Shown here: piece after piece, positions 13,101 through 26,747 of the stretch | Position numbering within the stretch: position 1 is the stretch's first letter | Layout of the letters: every line of letters starts with the position of its first letter | Assembly: GCF_964204645.1 (NCBI RefSeq) | Contig: NC_134034.1 | Coordinates: 12,968,962-13,032,961 of the forward strand | DNA: 64,000 nucleotides | DNA from: Tubulanus polymorphus | Taxonomy: Eukaryota; Animalia; Nemertea | Reading direction: 5' to 3' | Position numbers and translations under genes: made by a program | Notes under the pieces: generated by a model | Seen by the model: only the letters and a program-made list of their open reading frames with translations | Told to the model about the DNA's origin: nothing | Databases searched by the model: none

Positions 13101-16100
13101 TTCAAATTCAAAGGACTAAAAGCTTGGTCAAATAAATGGTATATAATAGTAATATCTTAGCGAGCCAATGAAAACAAAATTCGATAAAATTCGACTTTTC
13201 TTTTTCAAAATAACGGTTTTAAACCCGTATGATAGTAATGTATATATATATACCTCGCTGGCAGCTTTAGCCAATAGGGACGTTTTACCACACCCACTTT
13301 CACCGTGTAGAACCAATGGCAGTTCAGAATCCCCGGTGACGTAATCCCGTATTTTCGCGACGACCTCCTCGCGGCCTTGGAATATTTTGCAGAAGTTTTG
13401 ACAGGCGTGCAAGTGTTGCAGGATCTCGATGTAAACACTGTCTGTTCCGAGAGCCTCGTTCTTAGCCACAGCTCTATCGATTAGTTCATTTACGTGTCTG
13501 AAAAAATATTATCATCTATATGCAACTGTGGCAATCGAGGATTCCCCTTATGGCAAGCGAGGATCCACTAGGCGTGCTAGTTGTATTTCCTTGAGATAAT
13601 GTAGTGATTCTAAAGCTTGAAGTCCGGTCAAACGGATCGAGGTTCGTAATAGCCCCGATAGAAAGAGGGCTCTCTGTAAACTAAGACACTTACTCGTGAA
13701 AATGATCGCAGAATTTCTGCAGATATTCCGCGTGTGTGACATTGTCAACACCCTCACGGCTCCACTCGACCGTGAATCGCGCGAGGTTCGATTCGGGTAG
13801 TTTTTTCGGCAGTCTTTCATCCCTCAATTTCGCCAACAATTTCGCCGCTTCTTCGTCCGCCTAAAATACACAATCAAACCAATCCTCAATGCGGGGAGAT
13901 TTATCGAAATTATAGTTAAAAAATAGCGCCATCTATCGGACGTACCTTTCGACCGGAGAAGTCCATAAATTTGCAGGAATAGAGGAAGGCGCTTTTATTC
14001 ACGTTTTCGATGATTCTGATGTAGGCTAAACAATGATCAGTAACGTCCTTAGCCGTTAGAATTCCGTGCACGATTTCCCTCTCCGTGACTGGAACAAATC
14101 ATAATCAAACCCTCAATATAGACAGACATTATTCGACCTCTGGCAGTCGAGTATCCACTAGGGGCGCCAGTAGTCGCTCAGTTTCCAAATATTGTGCGCG
14201 TTATCAAAGCTTGACCTAACTTACTTCTTAATAACGACTCTTTCCATCAAACAATATTACTTATTGCAAATGGCTGAACGAATATGATGCCGCCTAGCGG
14301 TATAGATCGTTACCTGACATGAAAAAGTCGTGCATTTCTTCTTTGTTGATTTTGCGAGTAAGTTGAAGAACGTAGGAGCACTTCCGTAGAATTCTCGTTA
14401 TTTTACCGAATATTTCCCACCATAAATTACGATCTTGTTCCATTTTCAATTTATGACGCTGTTTCAAAAAAAAAATAAGGAATCACGTTTAATCGATTAG
14501 AAGGTTGAATGACCGACCCCGTATTAGTCTAATTCTATTCACCCAGGTGACGCTGTTGTTTCCGTAAGGTCATTAGACTTTAATTGGCATGAATTCTTTG
14601 AATATATGAGAGAATAGTATATACATATTTCGGGCAACGTTTCGGGGAAATTCTGATAATTTCCAAGGTATTGTGGGTTCGTTCATTTTAGCTTTTGGTA
14701 GATATTTCGATTTCAAAACTATTCACCCAATCAGAAGTAATGTTACGAATAGGGCAGTCGCTTACCTTGTTGTTGTAGTTAGTAAGAATGGAGCTGATTG
14801 GTTGTAGTATATACACAGCAGGTATCGAGTTGTTGTCTAGTTTATACCACTGACGCAGTAAATCTAAATCACCCTTCGAATCCTTGCTAGCGTCACATAT
14901 TGCGTCGAATAAAGTGGCCAGAATTTTTGTAGGCATCGGACGATAGCCGTATTTCTGTCCGAGAAATACCTGAGCGTAAAATAGAAAAAAGGCCTTTGAT
15001 ACTTTTGTACGAATGTTTGTTGAATGCGTTTGACAATTCAAAATTCTATAACGTTTTAATACAAATTGTAGACTTATTGAAAGCATTTGAAAGTTCTAAC
15101 TAAAAACACTTGACAAAGTTTGGACGAGTCGAAAGCTTTGGAAAGCTCTATAATACACTTGTTTCTATCTCAGACGAATTTTAAACCGGCTGAAAGCCTT
15201 TAAAAGGTCTATAATACATTTTTTTATTCTTACGACAATGTTGAGAGCGGTCGAATGCCTTTAGAAGGTCTGTAGTTCTTTTGTTTTTACTTACGACGAA
15301 GTTTGGACCGGTCGAAAGCCTTTGGCAGTTTTCGATTTCTTTCATGCATAATTCAGTGGTCATGTGATCGTCGGTAGCCTCGTCCCTGACTCCCCATCTC
15401 ATATCAACTACCTACACGAATAATATCAATAAAATACGGCGTTCAGTCCTAGTTGATTTCTTTCAAAATGTCTATTTGTTTTTCGATGCACCGTCGATGC
15501 GATAAAAGCCGGATATTTCTTTTTTTAGGAAAGCTAGGAAGGAGATAATTGTTCTGGCACGTTGCCAAGGTCAGTGAGTTCGGCCTTTTTTAAGATAAAT
15601 CGGTTTTTGGCGTTTTTATGAGAAAAACAAAAATTATCCATAATTTTCTCTAACTTCATAAAACTCTCGCCCATATAATCACTGCGCATGACGTCCGCGC
15701 AATAAAACCGGAAATGGACGTTGACGGTTATTCGGTAAATTCCTCACCGCAACCGGAAGTGACTTATGACATTTGTCGTTTATCGAATGTCGTGAATCGA
15801 GACGGATGAAAAGCAAATGGATTTTTTTGCGACTGATTTTATAGATGAATCGTCAAAAGACTCATTAAGTTCAATCGACAGCCGTCACGCAGGGAGAGAG
15901 GGGAAAGGGGGAGAGGGGAGTGAAGAAGGAAGGGAGAGAGGGAGATGGAGAGGGGGATATATTGGAAGTTGGAAAGAAAAGGGAGGGAAGTTAGAAGGGA
16001 AGGGGAGAGCTGAGAGAAAGAATAGAGACGATTCTCAACTAGTTCGAAATAAATTAATGACATTTTCTGATTCGATTAGAAAAAAAACGTCACCTTTTCA

Positions 16101-19100
16101 TCAATTCTCTGAGCATTGATTATTATTAATTTGATTGAATCGATTCAGACACGCGATACAGTGTAATTACAACCAATACCGGTAGAGGGCGCCACGGGGA
16201 GATAGTTTACTGGATTCACAGGGAGTGTTCATATATTAGATAAAGAATATGATTCGCTCTGTTTCAAACTGATGTTGATAGAACACGAAATTTGATATCA
16301 ACCCGAGCAACAGTCGTAATTAATTACTGACCAGCTGATGCTGCCACCTGGTGCAGGTTAAACCAGTGCACGAATAATGACGTCATCGTATATCGTGTAT
16401 ACACAGGCAGGCAGGAGTTAGAGAGCTGCTGCTGAGGTCGTATCAAATCAGCCGGATAAATACCGCAGTCGATCAGTACCTGAACAGCTCGTAAAACTAA
16501 TTATCGATAAATGCAAATTGTTTAGAAATGACTTCAATAAAATTCCCAGTCATTCGCACTTTTCAGTAGGTGTAGCCCAGTCAGGAGGTAGCCCAGTCAG
16601 GAGGTACCCTGTCAGGAGGTAGCCCAGTCAGGAGGTAGCCCATTCAGGAGGTAGCCCAGTCAGGAGGTGGTAGGCTTTAGCCAGTCTGTAGATGCAGCCT
16701 ACTCAAAGATTAAATCTTTCACTGTATATTGATCGCTTACCTATTATATACTACATATTGATTGACTGATTGTCTGACTCAGGAGTCGGACTGACTGCGT
16801 TGACAGACGAGTGACTGACTCTTGAGTCGGACTGACTGTTGATAGACATACCGGCTAGCAGCAGGCGCAGTTTAAATGCATGGATAGCAGTAATTACTAA
16901 CTAGAGGCCATACCCTAATAATACTTGTTGTCACATAAACACCGTGTTGTATGAGCAACGATTAATGGACAATAAAGGCGTTAAGAGACTTATGTATCAC
17001 ACACGATACAGAGGGAAATGGGAATATGGGAGAGAGATGAGAGGGAGGAGGAGAGAGAGAAGAGAGGGGGAGAGGAGAGAGGAGAGGGGGAGAGGAGAGA
17101 GGAGAGAGGATAGGGGAGAGGAGAGAGGAGAGAGCAGAGGGGGGAGAGGAGAGAGGAGAGAGGAGAGAGGAGAGAGGAGAGAGGAGAGGGGGAGAGGAGA
17201 GAGGAGAGAGGAGAGGGGGAGAGGAGATAGGAGAGGGGAAGAGGAGAGAGGGGAGAGAGGAGAGAGGAGAGAGGAGAGAGGAGAGAGAAGAGAGGGGAAG
17301 ATGGTGAGAGAGGAGAGAGGGAGAGGAGAGGGGAGAGGGGAGAAAGGGGGAGAGGGGAAGATGGTGAGAGAAGAGAGAAGATGGTGAGAGAGGAGAGAGA
17401 GAAGAGGGGGAGAGGAGAGAAGAGAGAGAAAAGAAATAAACAATGAACTATACCTGAAATTCGAGTCCATGTTTTTCTCGGCAATATTTTTTCAACAGAG
17501 GATACACATTTTCCATCAATGCATTGCGCTCTAAAGTCGTATCTGAAATTTATTATGATCATTATCATTATTATCAATCAGAAATGTTGTTATCAATTCC
17601 GTCATTTTTCCATCTATTAGAGGTGAATTTATAGGACTCTGCTTCAGTCCAGCGTCCGCCATTTAATCAGACCCAATATGGCGAAAGTACCGCTACCAGA
17701 ACCTTAAATGTGCTTGAATTCGTTTTGTAACTTCATTGACTTCATTCTAAAGTGAATTCGCGATAAATAAACTGATCAGTTTTCTGATGATTACTACCAG
17801 TTTGATTGGTTGATTGTTTGATCGTCGTTAAGGTGATAGATTTAAATTAATAGCTTGTTTAAGTGCGTTCAACCGCTACGATTATTGTTCCGGAAGTAGG
17901 AACGTGACTACGATTAAATCGCAGTATTTATCACCGAGCGAGCTGCGGCAAGCGAGCTGTTGAATAACGCTTTGCTCTGTGAGTCAATTCGGTATTTGAC
18001 AGAATAAATAATTGCTGGAATGGATCTAGAAGTCACAGGTAGCAGTGAGGCAGTAGCTGCTGCTGCTGCTACTGCTGTATTTTATTTGATCTGTAACGAT
18101 ACAAAGATCGGATAAAAAACATCTATCAAACGCGAGTCACACTCAACTGAGAAAACGCCGGGATCCAACGCGTTTACATCTACTCGACTCCGGGTACACG
18201 AATTTCTATTTAGATAAAATGTGATAAACGAAAATGATATCTCGTTTCTCCTAATCGCTGAGGGTCACTTTGGTAAACTGCGATGAAATTTGTAATCGGT
18301 TAATTTCTATGCATATCGGGTATGTTATGGTTAGCTTAATGATTATTTAAAAAAGTAAACCGGGTAGATAGGCGGCCGGCTGGCTTTACTTAAGGAGAAA
18401 TAAGGTACCAGTTTTTAGCCTGTAAATTGATTATGTAAACAAGAGTTTGTAATATCGTCGTCCTGCACGTTTTCTTAACGAACACGAAGAAGTCGTTAAG
18501 AATTAGAAATTCTAAGCCGGCGAGTCGTTATAATTGAACTGACCACTCGAATTTCAGAGATGTAAAAACTGGGTGACATTTCCATTCTCTACAAATATCA
18601 GGATATAGTGAAATAGTGAATGATAACCTTTAAATCAAATTAAGCTAATTCTAATGGACTAAATCCCGTAAATACCCCTTGCATACCGACACATACATCT
18701 GCGGACAATACTCGCCTCCATTTCCCTAGAAACCAAACAACCACTTCCTTAGCAACGGAAGTTTATTAAACGACAAGAAACTGACGCGTGAATTCGGAAT
18801 TAATCCGCTTTTGATGAACGGCTGTGGCTAGACCAAGCCTTACTGAAACTAGAGTTATACACAGCGAGTACCCGAGCCTCCTGGAGTTACACAGGGATAA
18901 CCCCAGCCCCATCGAGATACACGAGGAGGGCCCTATCCCCATGGAGTTACACAAGGGGGACCCTAGCCCCATGGAGTTACACAAGGAGGGTCCTAGCCCC
19001 ATGGAGTAACACAAGGAGGGTCCTAGCCCCATCGAGTTACACAGGGATGACCCCAGCCCCCGTACAGGGAGAACCCGAGCCTTGTAGAAGTACGGAGGGA

Positions 19101-22098
19101 GAACCCGAGCCTCCTGGAGTGGCACAGGGAGAACCATGGCCTCCTGGAGCTACACAAGGAAAATTCTAGTCCCACCGAGGGACACAAGTTGTGCTGTGCT
19201 GTGCTGTGCTGTGCTGTGCTGTGCTGTGCTGTGCTGTGCTGTGCCCGCTATTGCGGTGCGTCGAACACCTGTCTAAATACACACAATTCACCAGCAAAAA
19301 TTAATCAATTTCATCCCATTTTTCGCAACGGTTTTTTCCCCTTAAACAAATAATTTAAAGATCTAAGGATTTCATTTGATATTCATGAAAAAATAACATA
19401 ACCGACTATTAATCGCCCGGGACGTTGTCGTGTGCCTCCGTGTGCGCCAAGGGCGTGTGCCCGCGGCGTGTTTGGGCGCGATTTATTCTAGTTTACAAAA
19501 CAATTTCGTTGTCATCGTAAACAAATTGGTTACAATGAAAATTCTTTGAAAACAGAAATTTCGCCGAGTAATTAAAAACGAAACGTCATTTCCGAAGAGT
19601 TTATTAAGGATTATTAAGGAGTTGACCGTGAAATAACCACGTGACCACTCCTGAGTCAACGGAAGAACGATTTTATTTGTAATTTCATGGGTTTTTAAAC
19701 TCTCAATATTCTGAACAATAACACGATTTAAATCTCTGCCTAAATAAAAAGAGAAATTATACTTGTTATAACAGTCTCTACCGACAAGAGATGTTTGTCT
19801 TAAATTTCTAGATATCTAGATATCTACGTACGTATGCGAATGGTTATCACGCTATTTCACTCGACAAGACTTAATGTAATTCGGCGATTTTGATTGTAGA
19901 TAAATATTCATTTCAAATGGACGGATGAAATTTGCACATTTAATTCAGATAATTGAATCTCATCGACACAGATACTGTTTATTTACTGGTTTTTCGTGAA
20001 CTTAAACAAGTTTTATTGGAAGATTTATTGAATGTCTGCGAAGCCGGTTTTTATAACTAGTTCTAACTCAATAAGACACACGCATTTTATTCTCCATTCT
20101 ATTCTATTTTATTTTACTGGTTTTATTATCAATTTAACAATAAAATACTGACAATCAACGACAATCAATGCTATACAAAGTGTCATCCATTTTATAATTC
20201 AATTTTCCCGGAAATTGTGACCGTGTGTGCCACAAATAACCCCCACCCACCCCCATACAGCTGTACGAACTCAGGCCGTGTAGCAATTTGGGCCCCCGAT
20301 ACCCGAATGCCCTTAAATGGAGCGTTCAGACTGGCCAGACTAATCGATAAACCACGTCAGTCACTGCTAGCGGCTTGTTAGCACGTTCAGGTCCAGGGTG
20401 TTGCTAGAACCAGGCCTACGAACGAGCTAGGGTTATGGTTACTTTTCCAGGGTTATTTTTAGCCGTATTTGGGACGAATTTAATTCTTTTATTGAGCCAT
20501 CGTTGTTGGTGTAATAATTTCAGGAACTATTACAGGTAATCTACCCCTAGCGGCGGTTTATACAGAGTAAATAATTATACTGCTCCGCGATTTATATTAC
20601 AATTATAATAAATATTTACTCCACGAGTTGTGAGTAAACTATGAATAATTATTCAGGATCGTGTAATTAAACTCTCGTCGTATATTGAAGTCTATGAAAG
20701 TCTATGAGCCACTTATACGTTTAGACACACAGTGTCTGTTGTTATACAGATTGTTTTCAGTGTTTGATTTCGGGGGTCAAAAGATCACGATTCTACATTG
20801 AATAGATATGTAATGATTTTGTTTGCGCAGGTGGGAGTTAATCCATTTTATAACCCAAATATTTCCGGCGCATATATTAGATAATTAGTCAATATTCTAT
20901 TTATTTTCTGTTCCTATCTCGTGGCCGATTTTGGTCCGATCTTAGGGACTCGTTTTGGTACTATCTCGGGACTGCTTTTGGTTCTATCTCAGGGACCGCT
21001 TCTGGTTCTATTTCAGGGACTGGTTCTGTTCTATCTCGGGTACTGGTTCTGACCTATCTCGGGACCGCTTGTGGTCCTATCTCAGGGACTGGTTCAGGTC
21101 CTATCTAAGGGACTGGTTCTGGTTCTATCTCAGGGACTGGTTCTGTTCTATCTCAGGGACTGGTTCTGTTCTATCTCAGGGACTGGTTCAGGTCCTATCT
21201 GTGGGACTGGTTCAGGTCCTATCTGTGGGACTGGTTCAGGTCCTATCTAAGGGACTGGTTCTGGTCCTATCTAAGGGACTATTTACAGCACTCGGTGGGT
21301 AAATTTCATTTCCTTTGAATTGTGTGAGAACATTAAACACATTTTCACTGTAAACTCACCTGTAAAAGTTGAACTGGTGAATATTCTAACGATTCTCGAC
21401 CCTAGCGGCGGCAGTTCGTCTAAACATCCTCGAAATACTGAATCCGTTTTCGATAGAACAGTATCGTCCTGATCTGCGGGTGAACCCAGCGAGTCGACCG
21501 TCGAATCTAAATCGGATTTTTTCTTATTCGAATCCGATTTCCGATCTTTTTCATCATTCTGCAGCTGGTGCTGCTGCAGCTGCGTTTTATCCAGTAATTC
21601 GTCAATTAAAGTTTTGCCCCGTTCCACGCACGAAGCCTTAATGATAGCCGAATGTTTACGTTCCCCTAAAGTTCTCGGTCGATCTGAACTAGTTTTCGGA
21701 CGGTCCGAACTATACAGATCGGACCTGGTTTTCCTGCGCACTAGATGGGGTACCGCAGGGGTCGGTTTTGAGGAGGACTCGTTATCGCTGTTACTATGTT
21801 TACCCCGTTTATCAGTCGTCGCTGTTTTTGCTCTAAGTTGTTTCTTACTCACAATCGGCGACGTTTCTTTATCCTTGTCGGCATCGTGTAATCCTAGTTT
21901 AGATTTACGCCCGTCTTTAGACGTCCGTTTACCGGGTTTAGCTCCTGCACCAGTAGCCGCTGCAGCTGCAGCCGGTACGGAGATCTTTCTCCGACCCGTC
22001 GGAGGCGGCATCGTGAGATCAAGTTCTGTTTTTGCGCGGCGCACTAGTCCCACTTTCTCCGGATACTGGAAGGGAGTTTTATTGATTTTTGCTTCCAT
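7139..22098 (-). CDS. NWD2: NACHT and WD40 repeat protein (NWD1/NWD2 family) with a mucin-like C-terminal insert and CaaX box
   Basis: Phase-compatible exons: 22098-21360, 17542-17454, 15411-15295, 14969-14766, 14458-14314, 14088-13946, 13860-13694, 13497-13254, 13038-12195, 11883-7139. Motifs RIFTSSTFTD..ERN, DMRWGVRDE, FLGQKYGYRP (DUF4062-like), Walker A GESGCGKT, Walker B LFLDSLDQL, WD repeats (AHFGRI, SIKVWNF); ends CLIS*. Confidence 0.9.
8016..8832 (-). repeat. 42-bp coding minisatellite (TPGETKPTESSTAA x about 19) within the NWD last exon
   Basis: Period 42, open in the NWD frame. Confidence 0.95.
15000..15330. repeat. Degenerate ~60-bp tandem copies of the NWD exon 3' end and splice donor
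   Basis: gtcgaaagcctttgg (exon) recurs as gtcgaatgccttt, gctgaaagccttt and gtcgaaagctttgg; the cttacgac donor recurs at 15229. Confidence 0.55.
16573..16668. repeat. 16-bp minisatellite (gtagcccagtcaggag)
   Basis: About 6 tandem copies. Confidence 0.85.
17028..17430. repeat. GA-rich (GAGAG)n simple repeat
   Basis: Direct observation. Confidence 0.93.
18858..19165. repeat. 30-bp minisatellite (ccctagccccatggagttacacaaggaggg-like)
   Basis: About 10 diverged copies; followed by (ctgtg)n at 19190-19244. Confidence 0.85.
20944..21280. repeat. ~23-bp minisatellite (cctatctcagggactggttc...)
   Basis: About 14 copies in an NWD intron. Confidence 0.9.
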
Positions 22099-22939
22099 GT
22101 TTATCTGAAGGTATTTACGGCGCGTCAATATGAATTAAACCTCGATCGGGGGGGGGGGGTAGGGGTGTAGGGGGAGCGGGGGGACCGGTGATAATTAGAA
22201 CACGTCGAATCAGTAAAGTAATAATCCTCGAATTGCGCGTTCAATCACTGATTCTATTTCATCGATTCATTCTGATTCCCGATTCCTCCAGATTCCATTT
22301 TCCCTGATCATAACAAACTCAATCGAATTGTCATACAACATACATACATTATACGATATGCAAATTAGCACCGATGACGTAATCTCTTATGTAAATTGAA
22401 CGCGTGCGTGTGTTATCAGATATTCTTACCCGTCACAGGATCGCACCAGCACTTTAAAAAACTCACTGTCGCTGCTGTCCATTATAAAGGAAACTGTGCA
22501 TTAGCGGTAGCTGTCCATTAGCAGAAGCTGTCAATCAGAGAAATAGCGGCCCGTAACTTCCTTTTTCCTGTTAAGCGTCTGCGCAGTTCGCGATCTTCAC
22601 TCGTGAAACTACAAACTCGTAATATCCAATACCCCAGACCAGTAGTAGACCCCTCTCTACTCTCTCTGTCTACCCGTGTCTGTTGACAGTCAGTGCTTTA
22701 CTGGTAATCAACTAATCCTATATCGTCACCGGGCAATTAATCCTCGGGCGGATTAGCCTAATCGGTTTATTACGATAGTAATCCGACGAGAACAAAGCTT
22801 GGGATTTAACGTGTTCAGGCGATTAGCTGAAAACACGCGTAAACAAATTACCGATGACCTTTACAATCGGCGGAACAAGGCGCACCAGGGTTCGAACCCG
22901 TCTTGTAGGCTCTGCTAATTACATAAACATAGACCACGA

Positions 22940-23642
22940 ACTTAAAGGCACAAATTCACTTGACTTGTCTGTTAACTCAAACTCACAACTTTGGAACTGG
23001 ATCCAGAGTTAACTGTAACTCACAACTGTGGGACTGGATCCTGAGTTAACTGTAACTCACAACTGTGGAACTGGATCCAGAGTTAACTGTAACTCACAAC
23101 TGTGGAACTGGATCCTGAATTCTGAGTTACCTCGAAATTAACGGCACAAATTCGCTTGACTTGTCAGTTAACTGTAACTCACAACTGTGGAACTGGATCC
23201 TGAGTTACACTCACAACTGTGGAACTGGATCCTGAGTTAACTGTAACTCACAACTGTGGAACTGGATCCTGAATTCTGAGTTACCTCGAAATTAACGGCA
23301 CAAATTCGCTTGACTTGTCAGTTAACGGTAACTCACATCTGTGGAACTGGATCCTGAGTTACACTCACAACTGTGGAACTGGATCCTGAGTTCACAGTTA
23401 CCTCGAACTCACAACTGTGGAACTGGATCCTGAGTTCACAGTTAACTCTAACTCACAACTGTGGAACTGGATCCTGAGTTCACAGTTAACTCTAACTCAC
23501 AACTGTGGAACTGGATCCTGAGTTCACAGTTACCTCGAACTCATAACTGTGGAACTGGATCCAGAGTTACACTCACAACTGTGGAACTGGATCCTGAGTT
23601 CACAGTTAACTCTAACTCACAACCTGTTGAACTGGATCCTGA
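22940..23642. repeat. Satellite of the aactcacaactgtggaactggatcctgagtt unit, matching the end of the MITE family at 41817 and 62056
   Basis: Many copies of variable length; the core matches cacaactgtggaactggatc at 62148-62168. Confidence 0.9.
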
Positions 23643-24681
23643 GAGATTTGAAATCCTAATTTGCGCGATTAAGTGTTAAATGTCCGCACGACTGTTCCTG
23701 AACGAAGCTATTTTTCTAAACTTTGCACTGCGTGTTTTTACGACGATATTCAAATATTTTCCTGTTTCGATTTCGAAAACCATTGATGAATAGAAGACAG
23801 GTTTATAAAAACACCTGCTCGGTATTTGTATTGTATACACACGCGTGTAAGGAGGTACCGTGTTGTACTGTGTAATATAATACACCAAGTGTGGTCCACG
23901 TTGGTCGTCCGCGTTCGATTTAGTTCACATTGCAATTATAACTGAATGAACTTTTTTTAAACAGATCGATTATTCGTGAAAACTATGCCGATATCGAGAA
24001 GAAGGATGCGATATTTTCTTGGGGGGGGGGGGAGGGAGTGTGATTATATATGGATTAAGAGTCTTAAAGTACAGTTCAAGGCTCATTGGAAATTGACTAA
24101 TTCTGACTACGGCTACGGGCGACCTACTGCTCGTCACGCCATCTGGCGGGATAGCTGGCTTTGCGGGTTCCCGTTGGAGAAGTATCTGAATATTTCTGGA
24201 ACGAATAGATGTTTCATGATTTATGGATGATTGGGCGGTTTTTTTAAACCCGTGACTGATGATTCAACTATGGAAGCGGATTCGAAGCAAAAAATCGAAT
24301 TAGAAACACTCTCCAGGGAATAATACAACCAACGCTAATTTTTTTCTTTCAACGAAGATTTATCTACACATAATTAAATACAGCGTAGATAACATTGAGA
24401 CATGCAATATTTATACAATTGGAAATTCGGTTGATGTGTTAATTCCGCTAGATGGCGCACGATTCGTACATGGTATCGATATTTTCGCTCGGCCTCCCAG
24501 GACGAATGAGAAAACGCAGAAAAAACCGGTACTTTAATATTTAATTTCTACACGCAGAATAGCACGCAGAAGCTGCCCATAGCCGCTGTATTGGTTTTCC
24601 AGTCAAAAACTTTACAACGGGTTCAAAAACCTCCCGACTAGATATGAGTAAACCATCGATTAACTGATACGACTGAGTTTT

Positions 24682-25886
24682 TCATGTAGAATATATAGAA
24701 TTGCGGTACGAACCACCGCAAATAAAACTTGGAGAATTCAAACATTTCATATTGCATTCAGCGTCAGCGACGCGTCCATGTTTGCCGTAAAGATTACCGC
24801 AAAAACAGGAGTATGAGTACTGTACCGCGGCGTAATAGAATCCTGAAATACAACAATATGTATATCAGTAATATAGATAACAATCCTCCCTAACCCCCTG
24901 GGTCCTGCTGACACTCCCTAATCCACTGAGTCCTACCGACTATCACTATTCCCCTGGGTCCTGCTGACCCTCCCTAACCCCCTGGGTCCTGCCGACACTC
25001 CCTAATCCACTGAGTCCTACTGACTATCACTATTCCCCTGGGTCCTGTCGACACTCCCTAATCCACTGAGTCCTGCTGACCCTCCCTAATCCACTGAGTC
25101 CTGCTGACCCTCCCTAATCCACTAGGACCTGCTGACTATCACTATTCCCCTGGGTCCCACTGGTTCTCCCTGTCCACCCGACTATCTCTCAGTACCCGAC
25201 GTGGCGCTTATGAAGGGGACAGTTTCTTTTTTAGACAAGTATGCATTATGAATTGAGTTAAAGGTCATTCAAGTAAACAAAACCAACCCGTGCTCTCAAT
25301 TGCTCTCAGGTGTCGCTGCCATCGAATTGTTACCTTTTTCCAAACAGAACTGGCGGCAAATATCGGGCGTTAATTGCTTAAAATCTGATTTCTCTAGACC
25401 ATTGACATCTCTATCCGCCGTATCTTTAAAACATCCTCTGTATTCTGTGTGGAGAATAATGTAAAACACATTCTCTTTAGAAAAAAATTCTAACCCTTGT
25501 ACCGAGCTCTAAACCCTAGATCGAATCCTATATCCGAACCCCAAACTATACAAATTGATTATAATTGAACTTAATTTTTACAAACCTTTACAGTAAACAT
25601 CTTTCCGGAATTGTCCGGTACTTGTCGGTGAAGTTCGGTTGACGCCATGGTATAATTCACAATCACAAGAACCCGGTTTAAACCGGTACGCACCGCACTT
25701 TGTATCGTCTATGCAAGCCATTGCGCAATCTAACCATTTTCTAGTGTTTGTGGTTGAGTAGACGCTCCCCTCATTCTCGCCCGGCAACAGGTGACGAAAG
25801 CGCATAGGTTTTTTACTTCCAGTCGCCACTAGGGGGCGTATTAAACAGGTAAACGAGAGAAGGAAAACTCGAACAAACAATTTCAT
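24682..25886 (-). CDS. Secreted PAN/Apple + WSC domain protein (about 190 aa)
   Basis: Exons 25886-25586, 25444-25334 and 24842-24682, phases match. Signal peptide MKLFVRVFLLSF...; PAN CAMACIDDTKCGAY..CELY; WSC YRGCFKD...TPDICRQFC...YAAVQYSYSCFCGN...CNMKC...ICGG..RNSIY. Confidence 0.88.
24885..25160. repeat. ~27-bp intronic minisatellite (ccctaatccactgagtcctgctgac-like)
   Basis: About 10 diverged copies. Confidence 0.8.
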
Positions 25887-25949
25887 GATCGACTCCACAA
25901 AACGCACAATCAGAATTATCCGTTATCTTAAAATGCAGTTCCACTCTAT

Positions 25950-26545
25950 TCCACACTTCCGCCAGGATCTGTTGACTCGGGCGGGCGGTTCCACAAAGCT
26001 CCCACGGTACCACACTGATCCACACTTCCGCCAGGATCTGTTGACTCGGACGGGCGGTTCCACAAAGCTCCACACGGTTCCAGACCGTTCCACACTTCCG
26101 CCAGGATCTGTTGACTCGGACGGGCGGTTCCACAAAGCTCCACACGGTACCACACTGATCCACACTTCCGCCAGGATCGGTTGACTCGGACGGGCGGTTC
26201 CACAAAGCTCCACACGGTTCCACACCGTTCCACACTTCCGCCAGGATCTGTTGACTCGGACGGGCGGTTCCACAAAGCTCCCACGGTACCACACTGATCC
26301 ACACTTCCGCCAGGATCTGTTGACTCGGACGGGCGGTTCCACAAAGCTCCACACGGTTCCAGACCGTTCCACACTTCCGCCAGGATCTGTTGACTCGGAC
26401 GGGCGGTTCCACAAAGCTCCACACGGTACCACACTGATCCACACTTCCGCCAGGATCGGTTGACTCGGACGGGCGGTTCCACAAAGCTCCACACGGTTCC
26501 ACACCGTTCCACACTTCCGCCAGGATCTGTTGACTCGGACGGGCT
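25950..26545. repeat. 69/70-bp tandem repeat (about 8.5 copies) with a 279-bp higher-order period
   Basis: ccacacttccgccaggatctgttgactcggacgggcggttccacaaagctc...; directly upstream of the PAN-WSC start codon. Confidence 0.93.
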
Positions 26546-26747
26546 TATTAGATACGCGACAAATAATTGTCGCGACAACTTCATAGAAAAAACATATGAA
26601 GCAAAAAACCAACCAATCAGCACCTATCAATCCTGTAACTCTATTCATCTGCCGTTACTGCTAATCAATATTACCCTCAACCTGTAACAAAATAGCCTGA
26701 ATAATGGATATAGAATATCTGGTTTCAATACTTGTGTTGCGATGGTG

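Noticed and set aside
21614-22108. 164-aa plus-strand ORF
   Set aside because: Antisense to NWD exon 1 with no recognisable motifs.
25813-26648. Three overlapping repeat ORFs, and a possible ribozyme in the 70-bp repeat
   Set aside because: The ORFs arise from stop-free repeats. Only a ccgcc/ggcgg hairpin is visible, with no hammerhead or HDV core.
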